In this document: positions 54,130 through 63,331 of the stretch, in pieces | How positions within the stretch are numbered: the stretch's first letter is position 1 | How the letters are laid out: each line of letters begins with the position of its first letter | Made by a program: the position numbers and the translations under genes | The notes under the pieces: model-generated | Seen by the model: only the letters and a program-made list of their open reading frames with translations | The model's database searches: none | What the model was told of the DNA's origin: nothing | From: a virus | Lineage: Duplodnaviria > Caudoviricetes | IMG/VR virus record: IMGVR_UViG_3300048855_000167 | Location: 1 to 64,000 of that record | Strand: one strand, 5' to 3' | Length of the DNA: 64,000 nt

Positions 54130-56868
54130 ATGGTCAGCCGCACCGCTACCCTCAGACTCCAGCTCATTGACTCGGTAAGCGGCCCCTCAAAGAACGCTGC
54201 CGGCGCGATAGGCAGCATCAACTCGGCGCTCGCCAAGCTCGGCAAGGGTGGATCGCCGGAGATCCGGCGGCTCGCCAAGCAGCTCGAGTACCTTCAGAAG
54301 AAGGCGGGTTCTATCGAGGATTTCACGGCAAACCGCCGTGGCTTCAAGGATCTTGCCACGCAAATGAAGGCGGCGCAGAGCAACGTCTCGCGCCTCGAGG
54401 CCGCGCTTAAGTCCGCATCCAAGCCCACGGCGAAGATGAAGGCGGATCTCGAGTCGGCCAAGGTTTCGCTTCGATCGACGACGCAGGCTTTCAGGGACCA
54501 GGGCAACGCCGTCCGCCAGTCGGAACGCGCGCTGCAGGCCTATGGTGTCGCCGGCCGGCGTGGGATCTCCAGTTCGCAGCAGGCGATCCGCAACGAGATC
54601 GCCAAAACGATCCGTGAAATGCGCCGCCTCGACCAGGAGGCCCGCAAGCCGAAGCCCCTGACGCCTCGGCCGCCACCCAGCCAGCGTCCGCCGGGTGGAG
54701 GGTCTCCAGCCTATGACGCCGTTACGGCGGTGGGCGGCGGCGTGGTCGCCAACACGGGCAAGAATATCGCTCAGAAGTCATTCTTCTTGGGTGTCGATTT
54801 CAATCAGGCCGCCGAATACCAAGCTGCGTTGGGTGACTTCAAAGGCGATGATCGGACCTCGCTCAACCGCCAAGCCGAGAAGATCGGTGGCGACACCCGC
54901 TTCTCAAACGTGGACGTCGTCAGGGCGCAGACCACGATCCTTCAGCGCGGTATCCGCGACGTGAAGCAGATCATGGATTTGACGCAGAAGGTCACCGACT
55001 ACTCGCTCGCCATGGGCGTCACGCTCGAGGAAGGCGCTGAGGCGGTCACCGGCTCGGCACTGTCGAAGCGCATCGACCTCAAGGACACCAAGGCCATCGG
55101 CAACTTCGTCGACTTCATGGTCTGGATGGCGAAAAACGGGGGCATGTCCAACGAAGACGTCAGCCAGTTCGTCAAGTACGGAGGTGCATCCACGACGGGC
55201 GCCAAGCTGTCCGACGAGACTATGGCCGCCATGGGCATGATTCTGCGCCGCTCCGGCGTGCGAGGGGACGAGGCTGGTGTGTTCGCGCGCTCTGCGGCGT
55301 CGAAGCTCGTAGCGCCCACGCAGAAGGGCAAGGACGCCCTGGCAGCAATGGGGATCGACTTCAGCAAGTTCACGGAGATCGACTCCATGAATGAGGCCGG
55401 CATCGGCATCATGATGAAGCAGAAGTTCGGGGCCAATCTAACCGACGACATGAAGGCGAAGGTGAGGGACCTCATCCAGAACGGTGAGTTTACGGACCAG
55501 GAAACCGGTGAGAGCCGATCGGTCATCTCCGATACCGGCGAGTTCACTTCGCAGATGAGCCAGATCCTGGCCCCGCTGTTCGCCGGCAAGAATGGGAAGA
55601 TGTCTGTTCAAGACGCGAAGGCTCTTTCTAAGGCCCTTGCTGACTATCAGAAATATTCCATCGACAGCGTCGACACGATGGGGCTGCTCAACGCGATCGC
55701 CGGCGCCAATCCGGGTATCGGCAACCTCAATGCTTTCTTCACGGACAAGCAGGGCGGCCGCGCCAACACGATCTTCTCGCAGTGGGCGGAGTTCCAAAGA
55801 CTGCTCGGGATGATGCAGAACGTGCCGGGTGGCGTCGCCAACAAGATCGGTACCGAAGCGAACCAGGGCATTTACGGTGATTGGACGAAGCTAACCGGTA
55901 CCATCGAAACGGCCATGACTCGTATCGGTCAGGATTGGGAGTTCGCGACCAGGCCGATGATCAACAAGGCGAACGAGATTGTCGATGGCTTTATTGGCCT
56001 GTCGGACAACACTCGACGCCTCATTGAAGCTTTCGGCGCGGCGACGGCGGTCCTTGCGGGCTATGCTGCCGTCCAGGGTGCCAAGGGGCTGCTGGGCCGG
56101 ATATTCGGTGGCGGTGGCGGAGTCGCGGCCGCTGGAGGCGCAGCCGCCGTTGGTGGTGGGGTGCTATCGAAGGTTTCCAAGGCCGCCCGCTTCCTGGGGC
56201 CGGTGGGGGGCGCGATCACCGCATATCAAGTGGGGAGCACGCTCGGCGAAGGCCTCAATGAGGTAGGCTCCCTTGCGGCCGGCAAACACTGGATGCCCAA
56301 GTCGCAGGAGGATGCTGACGACCTTCGCGCCTTGGCGGAGGAGAAGCGGCAGAAGATCGCGCAGATCCGGAACAACTCGAAAATACCGGAGATGGCGGCG
56401 TCTCTGATTCAGCCGCTTCAGGCGGATCTAGACACGCTGGAGGCCCGCATCCGGGCCTTCGACCAGATCAACGTGAAGCCGACCGTGGACACCGGCAGCA
56501 TCGACGCCGCGCAGTCCAAGGCTGACCAACTGAGGGCTACTCTTGGCGGGCTCGGAGCAAAGACCGCGCCTGCCGGAGATCCACCCACGCCGATCACTGG
56601 CGCTCGTGCAAAGGGCGGCCCCGTTAAGGCGGGGCACAACTACCTCACGGGCGAGAAGGGAGTCGAGGTGTTCACGCCGGGAGCCAACGGCTTCATCACG
56701 CCGAACGACAAGCTGGGCGGTGGTGGTGGCTCGGTCTCAGTGCACCAGGTCAACCACTTCCACGGCGGTCGCGGCAAGGATGACGGCGAGCTTGTTCGCA
56801 CTCTCGATCGCCAACTCAACCGCGCCGCTCAGACAGCGTTCTCGAGCATCAGATACGGAGACAGTTAA
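54130..56868 (+). CDS. Tape measure protein
   Basis: 912 aa Ala/Gly-rich helical; C-terminal RAKGGPV...TGEKGVEVF. Confidence 0.9.
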   Translation: MVSRTATLRLQLIDSVSGPSKNAAGAIGSINSALAKLGKGGSPEIRRLAKQLEYLQKKAGSIEDFTANRRGFKDLATQMKAAQSNVSRLEAALKSASKPTAKMKADLESAKVSLRSTTQAFRDQGNAVRQSERALQAYGVAGRRGISSSQQAIRNEIAKTIREMRRLDQEARKPKPLTPRPPPSQRPPGGGSPAYDAVTAVGGGVVANTGKNIAQKSFFLGVDFNQAAEYQAALGDFKGDDRTSLNRQAEKIGGDTRFSNVDVVRAQTTILQRGIRDVKQIMDLTQKVTDYSLAMGVTLEEGAEAVTGSALSKRIDLKDTKAIGNFVDFMVWMAKNGGMSNEDVSQFVKYGGASTTGAKLSDETMAAMGMILRRSGVRGDEAGVFARSAASKLVAPTQKGKDALAAMGIDFSKFTEIDSMNEAGIGIMMKQKFGANLTDDMKAKVRDLIQNGEFTDQETGESRSVISDTGEFTSQMSQILAPLFAGKNGKMSVQDAKALSKALADYQKYSIDSVDTMGLLNAIAGANPGIGNLNAFFTDKQGGRANTIFSQWAEFQRLLGMMQNVPGGVANKIGTEANQGIYGDWTKLTGTIETAMTRIGQDWEFATRPMINKANEIVDGFIGLSDNTRRLIEAFGAATAVLAGYAAVQGAKGLLGRIFGGGGGVAAAGGAAAVGGGVLSKVSKAARFLGPVGGAITAYQVGSTLGEGLNEVGSLAAGKHWMPKSQEDADDLRALAEEKRQKIAQIRNNSKIPEMAASLIQPLQADLDTLEARIRAFDQINVKPTVDTGSIDAAQSKADQLRATLGGLGAKTAPAGDPPTPITGARAKGGPVKAGHNYLTGEKGVEVFTPGANGFITPNDKLGGGGGSVSVHQVNHFHGGRGKDDGELVRTLDRQLNRAAQTAFSSIRYGDS

Positions 56869-57329
56869 TGCTTATGGCCTGGGGATCATACCGGTTCACC
56901 GTACCGAACTACTCGGTCGAAACGCTCCGGCGGTCCATCGAGGCGAGGGTGGAGCCGCAGAACATCATCGGCGCGGCTCCCTCTCTTCACCGACTCGGGC
57001 CTGGCAACGAAAAGCTCACGCTCTCTTCGACATTCCACCCGCGCCACCTCAACGGGCGCGGGCTGGAGCAGCTGGCGGGGGTGCGCCAGGCCGTCAACGC
57101 ACTCTTGCCTCTGCCGCTTGTCCATATCAACGGAGCCGGCATGAACATCTTCGGCAACTGGATCGCCACCTCGGTGGAGGATGAGCAGACGGTGCTCGAC
57201 AATGCCGGCACGCCGCAGATGGTCACCGTGACCATGAACCTGACGCGCGACGACCCGTCCACGGCCCGGTCGATCGCGATCGCGGCGGTCCTGGGCGGAA
57301 TCAACTTCAGTGTGAGGCTCGGTTTCTGA
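56868..57329 (+). CDS. Tail protein gpU-like
   Basis: MLMAWGSYRF, LGPGNEKLTL. Confidence 0.8.
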   Translation: MLMAWGSYRFTVPNYSVETLRRSIEARVEPQNIIGAAPSLHRLGPGNEKLTLSSTFHPRHLNGRGLEQLAGVRQAVNALLPLPLVHINGAGMNIFGNWIATSVEDEQTVLDNAGTPQMVTVTMNLTRDDPSTARSIAIAAVLGGINFSVRLGF

Positions 57330-58429
57330 TGCCTGTTCCGTATTTCACGATTTCGGCCGATGGCGTGGACGTCACCAGCCGGCTCGCTGGACTCGGCATG
57401 ACCATGACGGTCACCGACGGCGCGGGCCTCAAGTCCGACACACTTCAGATCACCATCGACGATCCGGACGGCTCGGTCGAGCCGCCACGCACAGGCGCCG
57501 TTCTCAACCCGATCGGGGGCTACGAGGGGCGGATGCGGGACTTTGGTCTCTTCTCCGTCGACAGCGTGGTCTATACCGGCTGGCCGCAGAAAATCACAAT
57601 TGACGCCAAGTCGGTGGCGGCGAAATCACTCGCCAAGCAGCGCGAGCCGAAGGCGTACCCGAAAGAGAAGTATCCGACTTACGGGGACATCTTCTCTGAG
57701 ATCGCCGGCAAGATCGGCCTGTCGCTACAGATCTCCGTCGCGATCGGCTCAAAAGGAAATCCGTATGAGGCGCAAGCCGAGGAGGACGCCCTCGAATTCA
57801 CCACGCGCCTCGGCGAGAAGCTGAATGCCTCCGTCTCCGTCAAGTCCGGCCATATGGTCGTGGCGAAGAAGGGATCAGGTGAAAGCGTAAGTGGTGGAGC
57901 GATGGGCGTGATCTTCGTCGCCAAGGGCTACAACATCCTCTCTTACAACGTCACGGAGAAGGATGAGCCGAAGCATTCGGAGGTCGAGGCGACCTACTTC
58001 GACCGGAACAAGAACAAGCGCGAGACTGTCACCGAGTCGACGGGGCTGGACGGCCCGAAATTCCTGGTGCGCACACCCTTCCAGAACAAGGAAGAGGCGG
58101 AGGAGGCGGCCAAGGCTCGCGCCAGCGAACTGGTGCGAATGACGGGCGACGCCAGCTTCGAGATCGACGGCGAACCCTTCGCGCAGGCGGAGTCCTACGC
58201 GGTCGTGAGCGGGTGCCGATCGCGCGTCGATGGCCTGTGGTGGGTGCAGACAGCAACTCACCAGTTCAGCGCCGACGGCCCATACACGACGTCGCTGCAA
58301 TGCGGAGCTCCTACCGATGAGGGCAAGGGCAACGCTTCCGAAGCAGCGTCCGCTGGCGGTGGGCCTCCGGGGAGCGGGTACGAGGCCGGCACGCCTCAGC
58401 TCTCAGGCCCCGGTACCGGCGTGGCGTAA
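57329..58429 (+). CDS. Baseplate hub / late control gpD-like
   Basis: VTDGAGLKSDTL, GY..RMRDFGLFSVD. Confidence 0.85.
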   Translation: MPVPYFTISADGVDVTSRLAGLGMTMTVTDGAGLKSDTLQITIDDPDGSVEPPRTGAVLNPIGGYEGRMRDFGLFSVDSVVYTGWPQKITIDAKSVAAKSLAKQREPKAYPKEKYPTYGDIFSEIAGKIGLSLQISVAIGSKGNPYEAQAEEDALEFTTRLGEKLNASVSVKSGHMVVAKKGSGESVSGGAMGVIFVAKGYNILSYNVTEKDEPKHSEVEATYFDRNKNKRETVTESTGLDGPKFLVRTPFQNKEEAEEAAKARASELVRMTGDASFEIDGEPFAQAESYAVVSGCRSRVDGLWWVQTATHQFSADGPYTTSLQCGAPTDEGKGNASEAASAGGGPPGSGYEAGTPQLSGPGTGVA

Positions 58430-58447
58430 CCTCGAAGGAGCTCCCTA

Positions 58448-58690
58448 ATGAAAGGCCGGTTCATGACTGGCGCCGACGGCTCGGCCATCTACGTCACGAT
58501 TGACGGAGATATGATCGACGCCATCGCGCACGACTATTACGGCAAGCACGCCAGCAATACCGAAGTCCTCCTCGAGGCGAACCGGCACGTCGTCGCGATG
58601 GGCCCCGTCCTGCCGGCGGGCACGGTGATCAAGCTTCCGCAGATCGCCACCACATCGCAGCCGAAGGCCTTCCGGAGGCTGTGGGACTGA
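58448..58690 (+). CDS. Tail protein X (LysM-like)
   Basis: GDMIDAIAHDYYG...LLEANR...LPAG..IKLP...LWD. Confidence 0.88.
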   Translation: MKGRFMTGADGSAIYVTIDGDMIDAIAHDYYGKHASNTEVLLEANRHVVAMGPVLPAGTVIKLPQIATTSQPKAFRRLWD

Positions 58691-58716
58691 CACCCGCCAT
58701 CGGCAACATGATCGCG

Positions 58717-58746
58717 AGCCGCGCCCTCCAGCGCGGCTTTTTTTAT
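58717..58746 (+). terminator. Intrinsic terminator before endolysin
   Basis: AGCCGCGC-CCTCCA-GCGCGGCT then T run. Confidence 0.6.
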
Positions 58747-58768
58747 TCCTGCAAGGGAGAGAACGGTA

Positions 58769-59455
58769 ATGAACAAGGTCGTGAAGGCCGTTCAGCAGCG
58801 GCTCAACAAGCTCGGCTACAATGCCGGCGATGACGATGGAATTCCTGGCCGGAAGACAACAGCCGCCGTCGCGAAGTTTCAGGCAGACAAGAAACTGCCG
58901 ATTAAATACCCCGGCACCATTGGCCCGATTACGCTCGCGGCGCTCAAGATCGACATCGCAACGAACGAGGCGACTCCGCCGTGGATCATCGAGGGACTTC
59001 GCAAGAAGGGCTTGCGCGAGAAGCTCGATAACGCCGAGCTGAAAAAGTACCTGAAGAGCGACGGGCAGACGCTTGGAGATCCAGCGAAATTGCCGTGGTG
59101 CGGCGACTTCATGGAGACGATCATCGCGCTCACTCTGCCGAACGAGCCCATGGTCACCAATCCGTATTGGGCGGCCAACTGGCTGAAGTTCGGTGTCTCT
59201 GTGCCGAAGGACAAGTTCTACCTCGGCGCGATCGGGGTGAAGGCACGTCCTGGCGGCAACCACGTCTTCACGATCGTCGGCCATGACAAGACTTACGTCC
59301 ATGCGCTCGGGGGCAACCAGACCGACTCGGTCAGCATCGTGAAGATCAAGAAGGCCGACATCACGGGCATGCGCTTCCCGTCGACGTACCAGTTCCCCAC
59401 CGAGGAGATGCCGTTCACCACGTTCAACGGCAGCTACGCGGGCCGGGAAGACTGA
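58769..59455 (+). CDS. Endolysin: peptidoglycan-binding domain plus TIGR02594-type Cys peptidase
   Basis: QQRLNKLGY...DGIPG..T..AVAKFQ; PWCGDF, GNHV, LGGNQ. Confidence 0.85.
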   Translation: MNKVVKAVQQRLNKLGYNAGDDDGIPGRKTTAAVAKFQADKKLPIKYPGTIGPITLAALKIDIATNEATPPWIIEGLRKKGLREKLDNAELKKYLKSDGQTLGDPAKLPWCGDFMETIIALTLPNEPMVTNPYWAANWLKFGVSVPKDKFYLGAIGVKARPGGNHVFTIVGHDKTYVHALGGNQTDSVSIVKIKKADITGMRFPSTYQFPTEEMPFTTFNGSYAGRED

Positions 59456-59522
59456 TCGGGTTCAGTCACTCGCCCACCCACCAGCACAGCCGCCGCGAGC
59501 GGCTTTTTCTTTGGAGACCACA

Positions 59523-60032
59523 ATGACCCGCAAGTCTGCAACCTTCTTTGTCCTGGCCCTCGTGCTCGCGCTCGCATCGCCCATCATGGCGGTGGTGGCG
59601 CTGGCGCAGGAGGCCGCGCCCAACACCTCGGTCAACGGTGGCAGCATCTTCGCCATCGTCGAGCCGTACATCCTCGAGGTCGCATCGGTGCTCGTGGCGG
59701 CTATCGTCGCTTGGCTGAGTGCCAAGGTGAAAACGCTGGTCGGCATCCAGATCGAAGCAAAGCACCGGGAAGCTCTCCAGTCCGCGCTGCAGAACGGCAT
59801 CAACTACGGGATGAGCAAGGCCGGCGGCTGGGTCTCGGCAAAGGACTACGATCTGAAGAACAAGGCGTTGGCCGAGGGCATCAACTACGTGCTCTCTTCC
59901 GTGCCCGACGCCATCAAGTTCTTCGGCCTGACCCCTGCAAAGCTGGGCAAGCTGATCGAGGCGAAGCTGCCGACCTACAACGAGCTCGTAGTCGGCGAGC
60001 CGGTAGTAGTGCAGGCGCCGGCCAATGGTTAG
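59523..60032 (+). CDS. Holin-like membrane protein
   Basis: Signal-like and TM segments; ALQSALQNG; directly after endolysin. Confidence 0.55.
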   Translation: MTRKSATFFVLALVLALASPIMAVVALAQEAAPNTSVNGGSIFAIVEPYILEVASVLVAAIVAWLSAKVKTLVGIQIEAKHREALQSALQNGINYGMSKAGGWVSAKDYDLKNKALAEGINYVLSSVPDAIKFFGLTPAKLGKLIEAKLPTYNELVVGEPVVVQAPANG

Positions 60033-60273
60033 CACCTTTCTCTCCTTCCTCTCCACATTCCTCGTCACGCTCCTTCGAGAGTGGTTGGCGGACCGGCGGC
60101 GGGATGCGGAGCTGAAGAAGGCGGGGGCGGCTGAGGCCGCCTCCGAAACCCAAAAGCAGATCGCGGAGGCTGAGAATGTCCAGCACCAGAATGACCTTGT
60201 TGAGCGCGGCGGTGCTGCCGATGTTGCTGGCCGGCTGCGTGACCGCCTCCGAGCCGGTGGCAACGGCGCCTGA
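60025..60273 (+). CDS. i-spanin (Rz-like)
   Basis: N-terminal TM then helical periplasmic region. Confidence 0.65.
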   Translation: MVSTFLSFLSTFLVTLLREWLADRRRDAELKKAGAAEAASETQKQIAEAENVQHQNDLVERGGAADVAGRLRDRLRAGGNGA

Positions 60274-60433
60274 ACTTGCCCGCGTGTGCCCCGCACCTAC
60301 GACCGTGGCTCGCCAAAAGGCGATCCTCCGCCACCTCGAGTCGGCGCCGCCTTCTCCGGATCTTGATGTCCTCGCGACCGAATGGGAACGCCTTGACGAG
60401 GGTGCTCGCAAGGCGAGGGGGCATGGAAAATGA
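60176..60433 (+). CDS. o-spanin lipoprotein (Rz1-like)
   Basis: Lipobox LLAGC; overlaps i-spanin in another frame. Confidence 0.7.
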   Translation: MSSTRMTLLSAAVLPMLLAGCVTASEPVATAPELARVCPAPTTVARQKAILRHLESAPPSPDLDVLATEWERLDEGARKARGHGK

Positions 60434-60729
60434 GCGACGAGGTGCTGACGGAAGCCGGCAAGAAGATCATGGATGCCAGCCCCGTCTACGGGCCGATGCT
60501 GGTGATCCTTGGCCTCGTGATTGTCGCCCTCGTTCTCTGGATCAAGTCGATTTTGAAGGACAAGGACGCGCGGGCAGATGCCCATCTCGAGGACGTTCGC
60601 AAGTATGCCTCGGAGAACGAGACAACCCGTTCGGCCATTGCCGCCAACACTGAGCAGATCCGCGCCAATACGCAGACCATGACAACGATGATCGAAGTAA
60701 TTCGAGAACGGGAAAGGGCGCGCGGATGA
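60430..60729 (+). CDS. Single-TM coiled-coil protein
   Basis: YGPMLVILGLVIVALVLWI; coupled. Confidence 0.65.
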   Translation: MSDEVLTEAGKKIMDASPVYGPMLVILGLVIVALVLWIKSILKDKDARADAHLEDVRKYASENETTRSAIAANTEQIRANTQTMTTMIEVIRERERARG

Positions 60730-60965
60730 CGCTGACTTCAATCCTCGAGAAGATGTTCATCAAGAAAGTGGATCGCGACAAGAGCGCCCACCGCGATCTG
60801 ATCCTCAGTGCCGAGAGGGCAGAGCTCGCGAGAAATCAAGGCCTGCTGAGGGGCGAGGTGAGGCAATACGAGCAGATCGTCGAGTCCAGTTCACGCATCA
60901 TGGACACCATGACGCAAGCCATGATTATGATGGAGACTCCCCGTGGCAGACCAAAAAAACAGTAA
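60726..60965 (+). CDS. Hypothetical protein
   Basis: ATGA-coupled. Confidence 0.6.
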   Translation: MTLTSILEKMFIKKVDRDKSAHRDLILSAERAELARNQGLLRGEVRQYEQIVESSSRIMDTMTQAMIMMETPRGRPKKQ

Positions 60966-61644
60966 CCACCTCATGTGGGCGTCAATCGGTCTCGGTGCCG
61001 GGTATTGGGTCTTGGCTCCCCTGGCCGGAAATCCCCTCCTGTCGATCATCCTATCCATGGCTGTCGGCATCACTTCGTGCGTAGCTCTTTACGAGTATGC
61101 GCCGGAGGCGTGGCAGGTGGTCGTGAAACAAAAGCGAAGCGCGGACCCGCGTGGTCGAGGCAGCCACCTCGCGCTCTACGGATTCTTCCTGTTCTCCTTC
61201 GGCTCTGCATTCGCGTGCGCGTATTCCCTGACCTGGCTCTGGTACGGACAGCCGAACGCATGGATTGGTTCGCCGGCCGCCAACTTTAGCCGCTTCTGCC
61301 ACGCAAGCGGCTTTGCGCTGATGCAGGCAGGGCCCGCCTTGAAGAAGGAAGGCTTTGTCGTGCGGCCCAGCTGGTGGGTGACAGCTATCGCGGCCGCGCT
61401 CCTCGTCCTCCTCGGCTTCTATCTCGGCCTGCAGTTCAAATCGATCGAGGTTTCAGACGTGCGGGAGTGGAAGAGGGTGGTCGCCGGGAGCCCGGGCTGT
61501 TCCCCGGACGAGCCCGTGATCGGTGCCAGGAGCAGGGTCCTCCATACCGAAGTGAGTCCCTACCGGGATAGCGTGGTGCCACGCCGCTGCTTCTCCGATG
61601 CAGACGAGGCCAAGCGCGCAGGCTGCCGGACGATACGGGACTGA
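60943..61644 (+). CDS. Multi-TM protein with C-terminal Ada-like small domain
   Basis: About five TM segments; SRVLHT...RRCFSDADEAKRAGCR. Confidence 0.65.
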   Translation: MADQKNSNHLMWASIGLGAGYWVLAPLAGNPLLSIILSMAVGITSCVALYEYAPEAWQVVVKQKRSADPRGRGSHLALYGFFLFSFGSAFACAYSLTWLWYGQPNAWIGSPAANFSRFCHASGFALMQAGPALKKEGFVVRPSWWVTAIAAALLVLLGFYLGLQFKSIEVSDVREWKRVVAGSPGCSPDEPVIGARSRVLHTEVSPYRDSVVPRRCFSDADEAKRAGCRTIRD

Positions 61645-61841
61645 CGAGATGCGTTCTTGCGACCCGGCGCCTGGGGGTGTTGCGACGAACGCTTGCCCTC
61701 GGCGTAATCCACCACGCCGGGGGCACCGCTTGCGCTCTCGCCCCGGTGCTGGGAGGCGATCGAGCGCGGGGGCCTCCGCCAAAAAGTTCGGCGGAGGCCC
61801 CAACACACTTGCCCTCAAGGGCGGCCGACAAGTTTCACGGC

Positions 61842-62072
61842 TTAATCTCCGAGGTCATATAGGCCATCGTCGCGTGGTTCCTCCGGCTCCCATCGGTCAC
61901 CCTGGTCGGATATCCACTGGCCTAACGCCATCATAGTCGCCTCGTCGACCAGAACGTGATCGAACTCTCCACCCAACGGACCAACGTAGAGCCCATTAAA
62001 GATGGGACTGTCTTCGACACGAAAGCGGCAAGGACGCGCTTGGGCTGCATCCGGTTCAGGCATATGAGGCAT
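61842..62072 (-). CDS. Hypothetical protein
   Basis: 76-aa ORF. Confidence 0.4.
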   Translation of the reverse strand: MPHMPEPDAAQARPCRFRVEDSPIFNGLYVGPLGGEFDHVLVDEATMMALGQWISDQGDRWEPEEPRDDGLYDLGD

Positions 62073-62144
62073 GATTGCACCCTACAGAGTTGATCACCCG
62101 CTGATTCCATGAGCATACTCTATCCGCGATCCACAGCGGACCTG

Positions 62145-62181
62145 GAGCCCCGTAGCCTTCACCGGCTGCGGGGCTTTTTTC
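62145..62181 (+). terminator. Intrinsic terminator
   Basis: AGCCCCGTAGCC-TTCACC-GGCTGCGGGGCT then T run. Confidence 0.7.
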
Positions 62182-62241
62182 TATTTGCACCAGTAGTTCC
62201 GATTGCCGGGCCGCCATTCGCGCGTGGTTCGTGCTTGCGGC

Positions 62242-62559
62242 TCATTTCCGGTCGATCTGGATCTCCGTCCGCGTATCCAGCACGATATGCAGGTCTCGTA
62301 TCATGCCGGCCGACGCCAGGATCGCGGCTCGCACTTCCTCTGAGGTTTTCGCTTCCGCACCTATCGCAGCTACCATCACCTGCAGATCGATGATCTTGTC
62401 GGCGTGAACTAGAGCAGACGGTATCCCGATCGTATCCCTCATATCTCGAATGGCCGTCACGGCGCGGGCAAGTAGGCGCTGGCGTTCAAATTCGCTTAGC
62501 TTCTCGACCTCGTTCGCGGCGCGAACCAGTTCTGCGATGAAGTCGTTGGTCGAACTCAA
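62242..62559 (-). CDS. Hypothetical protein of a rhizobial type
   Basis: TTG start overlapping upstream stop; DFIAELVRAANEV. Confidence 0.65.
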   Translation of the reverse strand: MSSTNDFIAELVRAANEVEKLSEFERQRLLARAVTAIRDMRDTIGIPSALVHADKIIDLQVMVAAIGAEAKTSEEVRAAILASAGMIRDLHIVLDTRTEIQIDRK

Positions 62560-62747
62560 TGCAGTGTCTCCTTGTCGGGCTCCAATTCCGCCGAGTTCAT
62601 GAAGGCGACGAAGGTACCAGCGATATCCTGCGGCAGGTCGCAGTACGGCTTTCCACCAATGATCACCGTCCTGCCGGTGGTGGTGTCGAATATCTCCCAA
62701 GTATGTTCGCCGTCTTTGCGGAGGTCGAAGCGGTCGCGTGTGCTCAT
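62556..62747 (-). CDS. Hypothetical protein
   Basis: RFDLRKDGEHTWEIFDTTTG. Confidence 0.6.
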   Translation of the reverse strand: MSTRDRFDLRKDGEHTWEIFDTTTGRTVIIGGKPYCDLPQDIAGTFVAFMNSAELEPDKETLH

Positions 62748-62777
62748 GCCCGGAAACTGACAAGAAGTTGCAAGGAG

Positions 62778-62996
62778 TCAAGAAGTCGTAGGCGTCGTCG
62801 TCAGGAGTTTCGGCGTCGCGGTCGACGATCCGGCCTGACTATCTGCCGGCAATCCAAGCCTAAAGCGCTGACCGCTCGCATAGGATTCCGCACTGTCCGC
62901 GAAATCGAAGTCTGCTCTCGTTACCGAGCCGTCTTCTGTAACGATGACCTCAAACCGATCGTCAATAGGAACGACCACAACTGATGCGTAACCCAT
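62778..62996 (-). CDS. Hypothetical protein
   Basis: FADSAESYASGQRFRLGL. Confidence 0.55.
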   Translation of the reverse strand: MGYASVVVVPIDDRFEVIVTEDGSVTRADFDFADSAESYASGQRFRLGLPADSQAGSSTATPKLLTTTPTTS

Positions 62997-63331
62997 AGTG
63001 AACTCCCAACATTACAGGGGGTGAGATCTAGAGGTAGTTCAGTAGATTTCGATAATTGATTCTCGAAGAGGCGCGGCGTCCACGACTATCGCCCTTACTG
63101 GGCTCTTGCTTGCTTGGCAAGGAGGCAGAGTAGTCAGTCCGCTATCAGACATAGCGCCGGCCAAGGTTCCGAGACTAATGTTTGGCTTTCGCGAGGTAAG
63201 GGGTGCTGCAGTCGCAACTGAACACACCGAAGCCACTATCACCATGTATACGGCGAATATCGTTCGCATCGGTTCCGGGCGCGGATGGCTAGGAGAACAT
63301 TCATCGCTCTTGCCCCCTAGAGGAGAGAGCT

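Larger units (their letters stand above)
1..61650. mobile_element. Temperate prophage, lambda-like head with P2-like contractile tail; left end outside window, right end approximate
   Basis: Contiguous recombination, cI/cro, replication, terminase, portal, capsid, baseplate, sheath, tube, tape measure and lysis genes; no integrase in window. Confidence 0.95.

Noticed and set aside
56868-58690. Gene order U-D-X rather than U-X-D
   Set aside because: Minor rearrangement with no evident functional consequence
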